Positions 35,601 through 50,208 of a stretch of 64,000 nucleotides of DNA are shown here, in pieces. Both the position numbers and the translations under genes were made by a program. How positions within the stretch are numbered: the first letter of the stretch is position 1; every line of letters starts with the position of its first letter. The notes beneath the pieces were generated by a model. The model searched no databases, was not told the DNA's origin, and saw only the letters and a program-made list of their open reading frames with translations. Source of the stretch: Scyliorhinus canicula (Eukaryota); the NCBI RefSeq assembly GCF_902713615.1, contig NC_052155.1:115839316-115903315 (forward strand), in the 5' to 3' direction.

Positions 35601-38600
35601 GTGGTAAATTGGAGGGCCTCCAGGACAGGGTTTCAACAGTTGAGTTAACAAGTTCACAACAATATGCATGAGCCTATTCACCAGCATATAAATTGAGTCA
35701 GTCAAGTCAGCAAGAATCCACTTCAAGCCGCTGGCGATAACGGCACCAAATCGCATTCCATAACACATGTAAGAATTAATTTATGAAACATTTCAAGTTA
35801 ATGTTGCACATTAAAGACAGACAGCTAACCGTCAAATCAAACTTATTTGATTCTAACCCAAACCAATTAGGATTACATAGGGGTGTAGATAGATGGCTAA
35901 AGACTGATGATTTAGTGTAACCATGATAGATCATCCATGATAGATTTTTCATTCATGAATCATCTATACCTTGATCTAACTTACTCGCTGTCTGTTTTTC
36001 ATATTTTCACTTTTCCACTCGAATTCTTGAAGTAAATGCAAGCTGTTTGCCGTAAGCAAGAAAATCATTTCTGTATTATTTGAAAGTTATGTTGTCCACA
36101 AATTGCTTCTCTTCGAGTCCTTTTGCTAGCTGGACTTATTAGAGAATAAGATTTAAGTGATTCTCAATTGTAATCAACTAGAGTCAATAAAACAATTCTT
36201 ATTTGCACCCAAGAAGTACTAACTCAAATTTCTACTGAGTTTTAGTGTTCGCAAGTGCCACTAGATCCACATGGTTGATCTCGACAGAGGGTTGGGTGGA
36301 AGTAGCAAGTCTTAGTGCTGATGCAGATAAGGGATTGGTAAATTCATCTTGGCGTCAAAATTGCAAACACTCTGGTACAGTTCACGGTAATTAAATGGGA
36401 AGAAATACAATCTGTGGCTTAAGCATGTCTATTAAGAGGTGGGAAAATAAATGGCAATTAATATTTTCATTGTACAAGTAGACAATTTATTCAGTTTAAG
36501 AATTTAAAAACGATCAGCATACACATTAAATAACAACTTCCAATAGCAGCTTGGTTTTTGTGAAAACTGCAAATATTCGTGAACCAGTTTTGTCATACCA
36601 ATCCACAGCTTCATAGTCATTCTTACTAATACCAGCTCTTCATTTCACCTTTTTAATTTTCCTCTTGTCCTGCTTGTAGCTAATCCTACCAAAGCTGATG
36701 TCATGGTATTCACACCTGTCCTGTGCCATCTTCACACATCTGCTGTATTTCATCTGCAACTGTGACATCCATCATAAACCTCAGGCTGCCCTTTTTAACA
36801 ATTCAAATTCTAAAATTGGCTATGGTGGGGATTTGAACTCTCATTTTCTGCATTTGTCCAGGCCTCAAGATTGCTAGTTTATTAAGATCAGCATTACAGT
36901 ACCATAAGATATATGAAATTACTTTCCATATTTCAGTTAGAATTCTAGTCTGTTAGCCTCGCAACACTAAAGACACCAATTGTACAATTGACCAAAATTA
37001 CACGTGATGCTGCCACTGGGTTAAGTAGCTTATAGTGCCAGCCAAGATTTTTTGAAACGGTCTCGCCGAGGTACTGGTCCAGTATGCCACGCTGAAAAGG
37101 TCATTGTTGAGCATCATCCTTAAAGATTGTCTTGCTTCAACAACTCATTCCTATAAGACATTAGGAGGAATCCTGTACCCTTCAAATCGTATACAAAAGC
37201 CTCTGGTGAGCTATTAGGTAGTCTGCACCGGTTTGCAATAAGTACAATTAAGGAAAGGTAATGGTTTCAGTGCAATCGAGGGAGTGAATTAAAAAGGAAG
37301 ATGATCAGTAGCCTCAAGTGACCCCAAAGGCTCTACAGCACAAGCCTGACAATTATTGGGAGACAGTATCACACCAAACAAGTCATCACCATGGAATTGT
37401 CCATCAGGTGCTTTAACTGCCTGTGTCTTATGGATTTAAAATATCTAAACAAGAGCCTAGAGCACTGGATCATCAGCAATAATGGATGAAATATGTTTAG
37501 TGATTCCAGGAAATGAATTTTAAGTGAACCTTAATGCAGCAAGCTGAATACATTTTAAGGATCTGTTTATATCTCCTAATTCCAACTTTATATGGGAAAC
37601 CTTCCACGAGCATTGTAGGTCCATAAGTAAAGTTGCCATAGTCCCAAATGACCCAAGGCTCCCCCCACCCCCCCCCTTGGAGGGGGAGAACTGACTGGTG
37701 GTGATTTAACCTGAGGGTCACCACACCTCAGGTGAGGAGCAAGGTTGAGAAGGCAGAGCCTTCATGAATAACCTCAGCCAGTACAGGAATTGAACCCGCA
37801 CTGTTGGCCTTGCACTGAATCACAAACCAGCTGTCCAGCCAACAAGCTAAACCGACCCCCACGTCCATAAGTATAATCGTGCAGAAAGAGAATTAAGTTA
37901 CATTATTGAGACAACAGGCCGCAACACAATATATTAAAAGAATAAATTGTTTCAGATACAGCATGGTTGCTTTGATATTCATTTAATGATCAACATAAAA
38001 GAGTTGAATTTCCCAGTGGCGCCAGGAAAGAGATGTTGGGATTGTTCCCAGGTCCAATATCCACCCCTGGGGAAAGTCACTCATCTATGATTTTCCCAGT
38101 GGCAGCTAATCCATGTCCCGAGGGCAAGAGCACCTTTCATTAGGGACGGTGAGCAGGCTCACAAAGTTGTTGGGCTAATCAGAGGCCTTCCAGTTGGAAA
38201 TGAGCAGCAGCCTGCAGTGGAAGGTAAGAGAGAAGGTACTTCAAAACTTAAGCTTCAACATCCAGCCATTATCTTGGAATGGGGTACCCTCTCTGCAAGG
38301 CAGCCTTTGGTTGCTCCTTCACCCAGGCAAGCAAGCAGAGATAGCCTCGAGACCACCCTGGAGTGTGGGGTACAAGCATCCAGGCAACTAAGCTGGCCCC
38401 TGCTGCCTGCAGGAACCTTTTGGCTTCAATTAGGCTCTTGTTCATGTCTAGTTTTGAGCTCATCTTTCAGTGTTTTATAAACAGTATTAAAGTGCTCTAC
38501 TCAAGTCAAATCAATATTTAGCTTTTCATCAGAGCTCTACTTCTGCTACAGCAACCAAACTATTCAAAGTCATTGGGATCTGGTCACCCATCAAGAATTT

Positions 38601-38612
38601 ATAAAGAAAAAT

Positions 38613-38783
38613 GGACGTGATTCTCCGCCCCGTCACATTTCTGCCCCGACCCACCGGCAGGATTCTCCGTTACGCCGGCCGGTCAATGGGGTTTCCCATT
38701 GTGGGGCAGCCCCAAAAAACCGCCGGGAAACTCTCGGGCGCTGGCAAAACAACAGGGAATCACACCGGCGGAGAATCCCGCCC
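38613..38783. mobile_element. MITE-like non-autonomous DNA transposon, possibly Harbinger type
   Basis: Imperfect ~17-bp TIRs GGACGTGATTCTCCGCC / GGCGGAGAATCCCGCCC; GC-rich island in AT-rich DNA; TSD unclear. Confidence 0.6.
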
Positions 38784-39324
38784 TAAATTCTTTCAGCAAT
38801 TATAATTGATGAGGTAATTATTACATTTTATTACAGTCATTCGCCTCTTTAGAGTTCAGTAAATCCAAAACATCTGTACATTTTAAAAATTCATTTATGT
38901 GGGCATTACTGGATCGGCCAGCATTTATTGCCCCGCCCTAACTGCCCCTCAGCGGAGGCTTGCGAGACAATTTCAGAATCAACCATATTGCTGTGGATCT
39001 GAGTCACATGTAGGACAAACCAGGTAAGAATTAGTGAACCAGATTAACAAGATGTTAATATAACATTTTGTGTTGTGTAATTAAGGAGTACCAGTGAAGT
39101 ATTGATTTAAATTTAAAAAAAGGTTAAATGTTATTTTTTTCTCGGAAATTTACAAGTGCATTTTTGTAAAAATTTCTTTTGCCGATTTCAAATCACAAGC
39201 TTTCCAGTTTCATTCCCCATATTTATAATACAAGAGCTTTGGTGGTTGGATGGCATGCCTCTCGATTTAGAATTAACTATTTAAAATTCTACTGTACTTG
39301 CAAACAAGAGTCCAGGACAAAAAA

Positions 39325-39389
39325 AATCATGTTCTAAATAATTTCTTTATTTAACAGAATCTCGTGGAAATCTCACGTCTGTGGTTTAC
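39325..39389 (-). other. RPL7: Predicted non-coding last exon (exon 7, 3'UTR) of RPL7
   Basis: Strong acceptor TTTTTTCTCTTCTAG| followed by AATAAA at 39346-39351; donor GTGAG 2 nt after the stop codon; 3' end approximate. Confidence 0.7.
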
Positions 39390-41250
39390 CTAGAAGAGAA
39401 AAAACAACAACTTTTAAAGAGTGGAAAAAATTAACAAACTCACTGACAGTATTTCTTGGGTTTTGGACATAAACTGGAGTATACTGGCATCTGGCAAAGA
39501 TCTAGAAATCCCTTTTGTCGAAAACAGTCACCAGTCAATTTTAGTTACATGGATAATTTGCTCAAAAATTATACACCGTGCCTTTTCTCTATTTCCTTCT
39601 TTTCCTCCGAAGACTCATGAACTTCCTTTTACATGAGAGATAACAAGAACAAGCTGTTTTTGCCCTTTAGGGTACCATTAAATCTCATTTTTCCCCACCC
39701 CAATCCTATAAAACAATTGTTTGTTTCATTCTTTATTTTAAATCGTATTAAGTCATTGCATACAGTGCCTATCTACTCTATTGCGATTGTAAATATGCTA
39801 TTTCTTGAATATGCAACACTAGTGCAATTTTGTTATATATGCTTGCTTACGTGGGTATTATGAAATCCTTCTGTTAAAAAAAACTTCAGAATGGCATAGA
39901 CTTGAGTGGCATAGAAACTGACATTTTACTCAAAATTATGAACTCCATCTAGTCAAAAATTGTGCAGCAATAATCAAATTGTACACAAATTCCTGATCAA
40001 CCGAATCACTGTTACAAAAGTTCACTAGCTATAAAAAAAATCACTGTTATCATGATAACATTCTAATCACTACCCCGTACTCCTCAGCTGCGCTAGCATT
40101 TTGCTGCCAACCAAGTCAGTTATACATTTTGTACCAGATGGCCTCTTGTCATGCAACTGGACCAGAACACACTTATTACAGTGTGGCTTTGAAAATTGCA
40201 AAATATGTTCAACATTACCAACATTGTTGGCCAAGCAAGAATTGAAAATTCTTAATGGAGGAATAGTGGTAAAGATTTTTTCTATTAGGTGGGTGTCTCA
40301 ATTCCCCTCCAGGCTCACCAATATCCACCCACCCTCGAAAATAATAGGTGGTGCTACAAAATGAACATGTCCAGCAATACTGCTGCCTGTGCAGAAAATG
40401 TTCTGTGGCCACTTATGAGAAGACAGTTCCTCCCCAGTCTCCAAACTAACTGAAAAGAACACGCCAATAAGCTAGCGTCAGACTCAACCGAATAAGTTAT
40501 AATTGCAGCCAGATGAAGAATAATCCTTTCCCATACTCTGCCCTAACAGCTTTGCAGCTATTCCCAGATTTCTGGATACGATAGACAACCTAATCTCAGC
40601 CTTCACCTACCCCAGCAAGTTTAGCTTTCACAGTTAATTTATTTAATCACAAAACCAGCACTTGTTTTGTGAATACTTAAAATGTAAGCACAATTGTACA
40701 TTTATTCAGCTCCTATAAATTAGAATCAAATTTTTCAGGACATAGCTGTAGGCGCTCAGAGCACCTATGCAAAGATCTCCAGAAAATATACTTATTAGAT
40801 TTTCAATTTACAATCCAAAATCTGCACATGTGCAATACCATAATTCCTGGCATTTATCTTTCCAATATACATTCCTAGAACTCAATTATTTTTTCGTTGA
40901 TTATGTTTTATAAAGATTTTATACTAGGCAATTTGATGCCAACATGAAAAGATTCGTAAAAAGGATGAGAAATTTCATGTAGCTTTATTCACACATTTAA
41001 TTTGCTACCAAAGATAAATCACTCTTTCAAAAATGATATCCAGTATCACATGAAATTCCAGAAAGCTTTCCCAGCACGCATTGTTACTTAGTACTTATTC
41101 ATACCGATTTTTATTTGTGATAAAACTATGAGTACTAGTACATTCATGATTAAATTCACTAAGTGAAAGACATGTTTCAATATGAATTGCAACTTTTCTA
41201 TTTCTTGTCACAAAGCCCCCTCAAAAAAAGCATAAATGAGCAGCTCACCT

Positions 41251-41496
<246 letters not shown>

Positions 41497-42095
41497 TTAT
41501 CTGGAAATGTTTCTCAAGTGTTTCATTAAAAGTGGGAACTGTAGTAGAGACCTTCCTATCTGCCTCCTACACTGGTTCAGGCCATGCAGTAATGGACAAA
41601 ATGGACTGCAAACCACATAAAAGGGGAAATCAGTTTAAAACCAGGTTATCATTCCCCATCTGGAAGAGGAAAAAACCATCTTTTTCATGATTCCAAATTT
41701 CCCCCCCATTCTGACCAAAGTGCATTGATTTTAAATGTTAATGCCTTTTCTCTCTCCACAGATGCTGTTTTATTTGCTGAGTACTTCCAGCATTTTTTTT
41801 AAAACTATGAAAAATAGATTAAGATTACTGTCGAGTGTCCATATGCAAAAAAAGTATAAATAAAGGATTATGTCCAAAAACAGCACAAACATTTTTAACA
41901 ACATCAGATACTGGAAATGGATGTTCAACTGAAATGTTAGCCTGTCTTTTAACAGGCTACAGACCAAGTGCTGGAAATGGGATTAGAATAGATAGATGCT
42001 CGATGTTGGCGCAGACACGATGGGCATAAGGACCTCCTTCTGTGCTGTAAAATTCTATGGTTCTATGTGTTTTTCCACTTTTTTTTTAACAATAT

Positions 42096-42397
42096 AGTCA
42101 TAGAATCAATACAATGCAGGAGGCCATTCGGCCTTTCGAGTCCACACCGACCCTTCAATTGAGCACTCTACCCAATTCCTGTAACTCCATAACCTAACCT
42201 AAACATCCCTGGACACTAAGGGCAATTTATGATGGCCAATCCACCTAACCTGCACCTAATCTTTGGACAGTGGGAGGAAACCCACGCAGACACGGGGAGA
42301 ACGTACAAACTCCACACAGTGACCCAAGGCCGGAATTGAACCCGGGTCTCTGACACTGTGCAGCAGCAGTGCTAACCACTGTGCCATCCTGCTACCC
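42096..42397 (-). mobile_element. tRNA-derived SINE with CR1-like tail; related copies near 51895-52130 (+), 56985-57275 (+), 28240-28395 (+)
   Basis: TGGCACAGTGGTTAGCACTGCTG head, GGTTCAATTCC B box, GGCCGAATGGCCTCC...ATTCTA tail. Confidence 0.8.
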
Positions 42398-43266
42398 TAA
42401 GAAATGTATCTAATAACTGTAATATACAAGTTGTACTGTGACAGAGGTAGTTGGTGTTTTGAGGCAAGATTTGTCCTTACCACTACTAGAAACTGACAGG
42501 ATGACAATCCCCTGCCAGAGTGGCTCCCAGAGATAAAATATTTAATCAGCACATAAAGCAGATATTCCGCTGGAAGGTTCTCTCCTCACAGCCTCCCTCA
42601 AAGATACACAGTTCCAGTAACTGACTTTAGGATGCCTAACCCTAAACTAGTTAGAAAACAAGCCTTTGTCCCAGACAATCACCACTAACCAAATGATTGC
42701 AGTGGGCTGACCTGTTTCTTTACTTAAGCTCCAAAACTATTGACGTATTGGCACTGGTTTCATTCACAGAAATATTTTTTGTCCCGTTGTTTTCGCCTCG
42801 GGCTGTTCATTTATTTCCTGACGGCTCAAGCAGAATCATCAATAAATTAACACCATCTCCTGCTGAGAGACACAAATCCACCCTCAAATAGTGATAGCTT
42901 CTTTTCGGTAGTCTTCAAATTTTTAATTGCCCATGTATCCTCAAAAGGATTTATACCACACAAAAAAAGCATCACGTGGACCGTCCCTCTGAACTAATGG
43001 CTGGTCTGAAATCTCAAACAATTTCACACTTCCCGAGCGCCGCGGCAAATGGGCACTTGGGGCAAAGCAATTTCCGTGTCTCTTCTGCATTCTCTCTCCC
43101 CAGCCATTTTTTTTGACAGTTCATCATCACATGTGTCATTTTAATTTGGAGTTGGGGGCGAGGATGGATGGATGGAGTGACTCACATTAGCCACTTCCTC
43201 TTTCGAGCCCTGGGGGGGTTTGGGGTGAACTATGGATAGAGGGGATTGTTAAAAGTATCACAGTGA

Positions 43267-45432
43267 GAGGGGGGAAGAGGGTCGAGAGGGAGAGGCTGGT
43301 GGAGGAGATGGTCAGGGTGGATAGGAGATATGCAGAAAACCCGGAGGAGGGGCTTCTGAGGAAGCGGTGCTGTCTCCAGGCGGAGTTCGACATTTTAACC
43401 ACCCGTAAGGCGGAGGCGCAGTGGAGGAGGGCACAGGGGGCGGTGTACGAGCACGGGGAGAAGGCAAGTCGGATGTTGGCTCACCAGCTCCGGAAGCGGG
43501 AGGCAGCTAGAGAAATTGGGGGAGCCACGGATGCAGGTGGGAACTTAGTGCGGGGTTGAAAGGACATCAATGAGGTGTTCAGATCCTTTTATGAGGGGCT
43601 GTATCGGGCGGTACTCCCCGGGGAAGCAGGTGGGATGGACCACTTTTTGGATAAGCTGGAGTTCCCAAGAGTAGGGGACGAGCGGGTAGAGGGCTTGGGG
43701 GCCCCAATTGAGTTGGAGGAGCTGGTGGAGGCGTTGGGGAGCATGCAGACAGGGAAAGCGCCGGAGCCTGACGGGTTCCTGGTGGAATTTTACAAGAAAT
43801 TTTCAGATTTGCTGGGCCCGCTGCTGGTGAGGACCCTGAATGAGGCTTGGGGGGGGGGCTCTGCCCCCGACAGTGTCCAGGGCAATTATCTCTTTGCTCC
43901 TGAAGCGAGACAAGGACCCCCTTCAGTGTGGGTCTTATAGGCCGATCTCGCTCCTTAACGTAGATGTCAAGTTGTTGGCAAAGGTGCTGTCCAGGGGGGT
44001 GGAGGATGTGGTCCCCACAGTGATTCATGAGGACCAAACGGGTTTGTGAAGGGGAGACAATTGAATGCCAACGTGCGGAGGCTCCTGAATGTCACGATGA
44101 TAGCGCCGGTAGCTGGGGAGTCAGAAATAGTGGCGTCCATGGATGCGGAAAAAGCTTTTGATAGGGTGGAGTGGAGTTACCTGTGGGAGGTGTTGCGGAG
44201 GGGTTCATCAGCTGGGAGAGGTTGCTGTACAACTCCCCGGTGGCGAGTGTGGTGACGAATGGGAGGAGGTTTTCCAGAGGGACGAGGCAGGTGTGCCCCT
44301 TGTCGCCCCTGCTCTTCGCGTTAGCAATTGAGCCCCTGGCCATAGCGCTGAGGGACTCGAAGAGTTGGAGGGGGATTGTGCGGGGGGGGGGGGGCATCGG
44401 TTGTCACTGCATGCGGATGATCTGCTGCTGTATGTCGCGGACCCGGCTGAGGGGATGCCAGAGGTGCTGAGGATACTTGAGGAGTTTGGGGACTTTTCGG
44501 GATATAAGCTCAATGTGGGAAAAGCGAGCTGTTTGTCCTGCATTCGGGGGGTCAGGAGAGGGAGATAGGGGAACTCCCGTTGAAGAGGGCTGAGAGGAGC
44601 TTTAGGTATCTTGGGGTCCACGTGGCTAGGACCTGGGGGGCTATGCATAGGCTTAACTTTTCGCAGCTGGTGGGGCAGATGGAGGAGGAGTTCAGGAGGT
44701 GGGATGTGCTGCCGCTCTCGTTGGCGGGCAGGGTCCAGTCGGTTAAAATGACGGTGCTCCCGAGGTTTTTCTTTCTTTTCCAGTGCCTCCCCATATTGAT
44801 CCCGAAGGCTTTTTTCAGAAGGGTGAATAAGTCGATTCTGGAGTTTGTGTGGACGCGGAAGGCCCCGAGAGTAAGGATGGTATTTTTGGAGCGAAGAAGG
44901 GATTTAGGGGGCCTGGCGTTGCCCAACCTGTGCGGATATTATTGGGCGGCGAACGTGGCGATGATTCGCAGGCGGGTGACAGAAGGGGAGGGTGACGCAT
45001 GGAAGAGATTGGAGGTAGCGTCCAGTGAGGGTACGAGTCTGTAGGCTTTGGTGACGGCCCCACTTCCACTCCCCCCGGCAAAGTACTCCAGGAGTCCGGT
45101 GGTGGTTGCGTCCCTCAAAATCTGGGGACAGTGCTCCAAGAGACACACCTGAAAGTGACGGACCAGGTTCGGCTGAGGAAGGGATGGGCGGGCCAAGTAT
45201 TTCACTCAGGGCGGGATGAGAAGAATCGGGGGGTGGCGATCCTGGTTGGAAAGAGGGTGTCGTTTGAGGCGATAAATGTGGTGGCTGACAGTGGCGGGAG
45301 GTATGTGATGGTGAGTGGTAAGCTGCAGGGGGAGTGGGTGGTGTCGGTGAATGTTTACGCCCCAAATTGGGACAATGCGGGGTTTATGCGACGTATGTTG
45401 GGCCGCATTCCGGACCTGGAGGTGGGGGGCCT

Positions 45433-45465
<33 letters not shown>

Positions 45466-48400
45466 AGAGAGAGAGAGAGAGAGAGTTCAACACGGTGCTG
45501 GACCCCCCCCATTGGATCGATCCAAGTCCCGGACGGGTAGGAGGCCGGCGGCGGCTAAGGTGTTGAGGGGATTTATGGACCAGATTGGGGGGGGATGGAT
45601 CCCTGGAGGTTTGCGAGGCCAAGGGCCAGGGAGTACTCGTTTTTCTCCCACGTGCATAAGGCCTATTCGAGGATTGATTTTTTTGTTCTGAGCAGGGGGC
45701 TGGTTTCGAGGGTGGAGGATGTTGAATACTCCGCCATTGCCATTTCAGATCATGCCCCGCACTGGGTGGACCTCGGGCTGGGGGAGGAGAGGGACCAACG
45801 TCCACTCTGGCGCTTGGAGGTGGGGCTGCTGGCAGATGAGGAAGTGGCCGAGGGTTCGGGGGTGTATTGAGAGGTACCTTGAGGCCAACGACAACGGGGA
45901 GGTCCGAGTGGGGACGGTCTGGGAGGCATTGAAGGCGGTGACTAGAGGGGAGTTGATTTCCATCCGAATCCATAGGGAGAGGGGGGAGCAGAGGGAGAGG
46001 GAGAGACTGATAGGGGAGATGGTGAGGGTGGATAGGAGATATGCGGAGGCTCCAGAGGAGGGATTGCTGGGGGAGAGGTGTAGCCTTCAGGCCAGGTTCG
46101 ACCTATTGACTACCAGAAAGGCAGAAGCTCAGTGGAGGAAAGCACAGGGGGCGGTGTATGAATATGGGGAGAAGGTGAGCAGCATGCTGGCACAGCAGCT
46201 CCCAAAGCGGGACGCGGCCAGGGAGATTCGGGCAGTGGCGGATAGAGCTGGGAAGGTGGTGCGGAGGGGGGTAGATGTTAATGGGGTCTTCAGGGACTTC
46301 TATGGGGAAATGTACTGGTCTGAACCCCCGGTGGAGGGGGGTGGAATGGGGCGCTTCTTGGACAAGCTGCAATTTCCGAGGGTGGAGGAGGGGCAGGTGG
46401 AAGGACTGGGGGCGCCGATCTAGCGGGAGGAGTTGGTTAAAGGGATAGGGAGCATGCAGTCGGGGAAGGCGCCGGGGCCGGATGGGTTTCCGGCGGAATT
46501 TTATAAAAGGTATGCGGACCTGTTGGGCCCCTTGTTGGTCTAGACCTTTAACGAGGCAAGGGAGGGGGGGGGGGGCTTTGCCCCCAACTATGTCACGGGC
46601 GCTGATCTCCTTGATCCTGAAGCGGGACAAGGACCCTCTGCAGTGTGGGTCATATAGGCCGATCTCGCTGCTAAATGTAGACGCCAAGCTGCTGGCAAAG
46701 ATCCTAGCCACAAGAATAGAGGATTGTGTGCCGGGGGTCATTCATGAGGACCAGACGGGGTTTGTGAAGGGAAGGCCGTTGAATACAAACGTACGAAGGC
46801 TCCTCAACGTTATTATGATGCCGGCTGTGGAAGGGGAGGCGGAGATAGTGGTGGCATTAGATGCGGAGAAGGCCTTTGATAGGGTTGAGTGGGGGGTATC
46901 TGTGGGAGGTGTTGGAGAGGTTTGGGTTTGTCCGTTGGGTGAGGTTGCTCTAGGAGGCCCCGATGGCGAGTGTAGCCACTAGGAGGAGGTCGGTGTACTT
47001 TCGGCTGTACCGGGGGACGAGACAGGGGTGTCCCCTGTCCCCCTTGCTCTTTGCGTTGGCAATTGAGCCCCTGGCCCTGGCGTTGAGGGAGTCAGGGAAC
47101 TGGAGGGGCCTTGTGCGGGGTGGGGAGGAGCACAGAGTGTCGCTTTATGCCGACGACCTGTTGCTGTATGTGGCGGACCTGGTGGGGGGATGCCAGAGGT
47201 GATGAGGATTTTTAGTGAATTCGGGGGCTTCTCTGGGCAAGAGCGAGTTGTTCGTGATACACCCGGGGGATCAGGAGGAGGGGATTGGTAGGCTCCCACT
47301 GAAGCAGGCAGGGAAGAGCTTCAGGTACCTAGGAGTCCAGGTGGCTGGGAGCTGGGGGGCCCTGCACAAGTTCAACCTCACAAGGTTGGTGGAGCAGATG
47401 GAGGAGGAGTTCAAAAGGTGGGATATGTTACCGCTGTCACTGGCGGGGAGGGTGCAGTCCGTTAAGATGACGGTGCTCCCGAGGTTTTTGTTCCTGTTCC
47501 AGTGCCTCCCCATTCTTATCCTGAAGGCCTTTTTTAGGAGGGTCAACACGAGTATTACGGGATTTGTGTGGGCGCATGGGACTCCGAGGGTGAGAAGAGT
47601 GTTCCTGGAATGGGGCAGGGATGGGGGGGGGGGGGCTGGCGTTGCCCAACCTCTGTGGGTACTACTGGGCTGCCAACGCAGCGATGGTGCGTAAGTGGGT
47701 AATGGACGGGGAAGAGGCAGCATGGAAGAGGATGGAGGTGGCGTCCTGTGTGGGCACGAGCCTGGAGGCGCTGGTAACGGCGCCGTTCCCGCTCCCTCCA
47801 ACGAGGTATACCACGAGCCCGGTGGTGGCGGCTACCCTCAAAATTTGGGGGCAATGGAGACGGCACAGGGGAGAAGTGGGGGGGCTCGATGGAGGCCCCG
47901 ATACGGGGGAATCATCGGTTTGTCCCAGGGAGCATTGATGGCAGATTTCTGGGCTGGCACAGGGTAGGGATTAGGAGGTTGAGGGACCTGTTTGTGGAGG
48001 GGAGGTTCGCGAGCTTGGGGGAGTTAGAGGGGAAGTTTGGGCTCACCCCGGGAACATGTTTAGGTACATGCAGGTTAGGGCGTTTGCCAGGCGGCAGGTG
48101 GAGAGGTTCCCCTTGCTGCCCCCACGTGGGGTACGGGACAGGGTGCTCTCGGGGGTGTGGGTTGGAGGAGGGAGGATTTCGGACACATACCGGGTAATGC
48201 AGGCGGTAGACGAGGCCTCGGTGGAGGAACTGAAGGGGAAATGGGAAGATGAGCTGGGTGAGGAGATTGAGAAGGGGACGTGGGCGGATCCCCTGGAGAG
48301 AGTGAATTCCTCCTCTTCCTGTGCGAGGCTTAGCCTTATACAGTTCAAGGTGCTGCATAGGGCCCACATGACTGGGACGAGGATGAGTAGGTTTTTCAGG

Positions 48401-50062
48401 GGTGAAGACAGGTGTGCTAGGTGCTCGGGGAGCCCAGCGAATCACGCCCATATGTTTTGGGCGTGCCCAGCGCTGGGGGAGTTTTGGAATGGGGTAGCAA
48501 GGACGGTGTCGAGGGTGGTGGGATCCAGGGTCAAGCCAGGTGTTCTGGCCTTTGCATCCGTAGTAGCCCGGCGGAGGATCTTGCTTCAATGGAAGGATGC
48601 GAGGCCCCCAAGCGTGGAAGCCTGGATCAATGATATAGCGGGGTTCATTAAATTGGAGAAGGTGAAATTTGCCCTGAGGTGTTCAGTACAAGGGTTCTTT
48701 AGGCGGTGGCAGCCTTTCCTGGACTTCCTGGCGGAACGGTAGGGAAATAGGCCGGCATCAGCAGCAACCCGGGGGAGTGGGGGGTGGTCTGGTTCGGTGG
48801 GAGGGAGAACTGTGTACATGGGTTTGTGGGATGTGGCGGGTGTTATCTCTTTCCCCTTTGTTGTTTGGGTTTTCTTCTTCTTTTGTTTGCAGTTGCTTTT
48901 GTAGTTGGGTGGGTGTTGTTCTTGGGTTTTTACCATGGTTGTTTTGTTGTTTATATTTTGTGAAAATCTTAATAAAAATTATTTTTTAAAAAAAATAATC
49001 TGGGGACAGTGGAGGCACCATAGGGGGGAAGTGAAGGCCTCAGTTTGGGCCCCGATACGGGGTAATCACCGTTTTGCGCCGGGGAGAACGGGTGGGGGAT
49101 TTGGGAGTTGGCACAGGGCAGGCATCAGACAGTTTGGGGACCTCTTCCTGGATGGGAAGTTCGCGACTCTGGAGGAGCTGGTGGGGAAATGGAACCTCCC
49201 CCCTGGGAACGCTTTTAGGTATATGCAGGTCAGGGACTTTGTTAAAAGGCAGGTGGCGGAGTTTCCGCGGCTGCCGCCAAGGGGGGTGCAGGACAGGGTG
49301 CTTTCGGGGACGTGGGTCGGGGAAAGGAAGATCTCAGCTATCTACCAGCTGATGCAGGAGGAGGAGACCTCAGTAGATGAGCTCAAAGCGAAATGGGAGG
49401 AAGAGCAAGGGGAAGAGATTGAGGATGGGACGTGGTCGGACGCCCTGGAGAGGGTGAATTCTTCCTCCTCTTGCGCACGGCTCAGCCCAATTCAGCTGAA
49501 GGTGCTGCACAGGGCTCACATGACGGGGGCAAGGATGAGCCGGTTTTTCGGAGGGGAAGACAGGTGTGGGAGGTGTTCGGGTGGCCCGGCAAACCACACC
49601 CATATGTTTTGGGCATGTCCGGCCCTGGAGGGGTTTTGGAAGGGGGTGGCGGGGATTTTGTCGGAAGTGGTTGGGTCCTAGGGTCAGGCCGGGCTGGGGC
49701 TCGCGATCTTTGGGGTAACTTCGGAGCCGGGAGTGCAGGAGGCGAGAGAGGCTGGCATTGACCTTTGTGTCTCTAGTAGCCCGGCGCAGGATTCTGTTAC
49801 AGTGGAGGGATACGCGGCCCCCGAGTTCGGAGAACTGGGTCAACGACATGGCTGGGTTCCTCAAGTTGGAGAGGATGAAATTTGCCCTGAGGGGGTCAGT
49901 ACAGGGGTTCTTTCGGCGGTGGCAGCCCTTTCACGATTTCCTGGCGAAGGGGTAGAGAGTGGTCGGTCTCGGCAGCAGCCTGGGCGGGGAGGGTTTGTTT
50001 TTGGCGGCAGTAGGTTTGTTATGTTATTTTCTTCTTTCTTGTATTGCTATTTGTTATTATTT

Positions 50063-50096
<34 letters not shown>

Positions 50097-50208
50097 AAGA
50101 GTTATTTTCTTGTTTTGGTGTGGAAACACGCCTTGTTTGTTTTAAATTGCGGGGAGAAAATTTGTTATTGTTATTAAAAAACTTGCATAAAAATTTTTTT
50201 TTTTTTTT
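43267..50208 (+). mobile_element. Outer 5'-truncated L1 in RPL7 intron 5, antisense to the gene, split at 45133/49012
   Basis: ORF2 fragments; 15-bp TSD AAAGTATCACAGTGA (43252-43266, 50209-50223) at a TT/AAAA site. Confidence 0.93.
45134..48996 (+). mobile_element. Inner L1 (nearly complete ORF2 plus 3'UTR) nested in the outer L1
   Basis: LQETHL, NVYAPN, SDH endonuclease motifs, RT, C-terminus, AATAAA and A tail; 15-bp TSD AATCTGGGGACAGTG (45119-45133, 48997-49011). Confidence 0.94.
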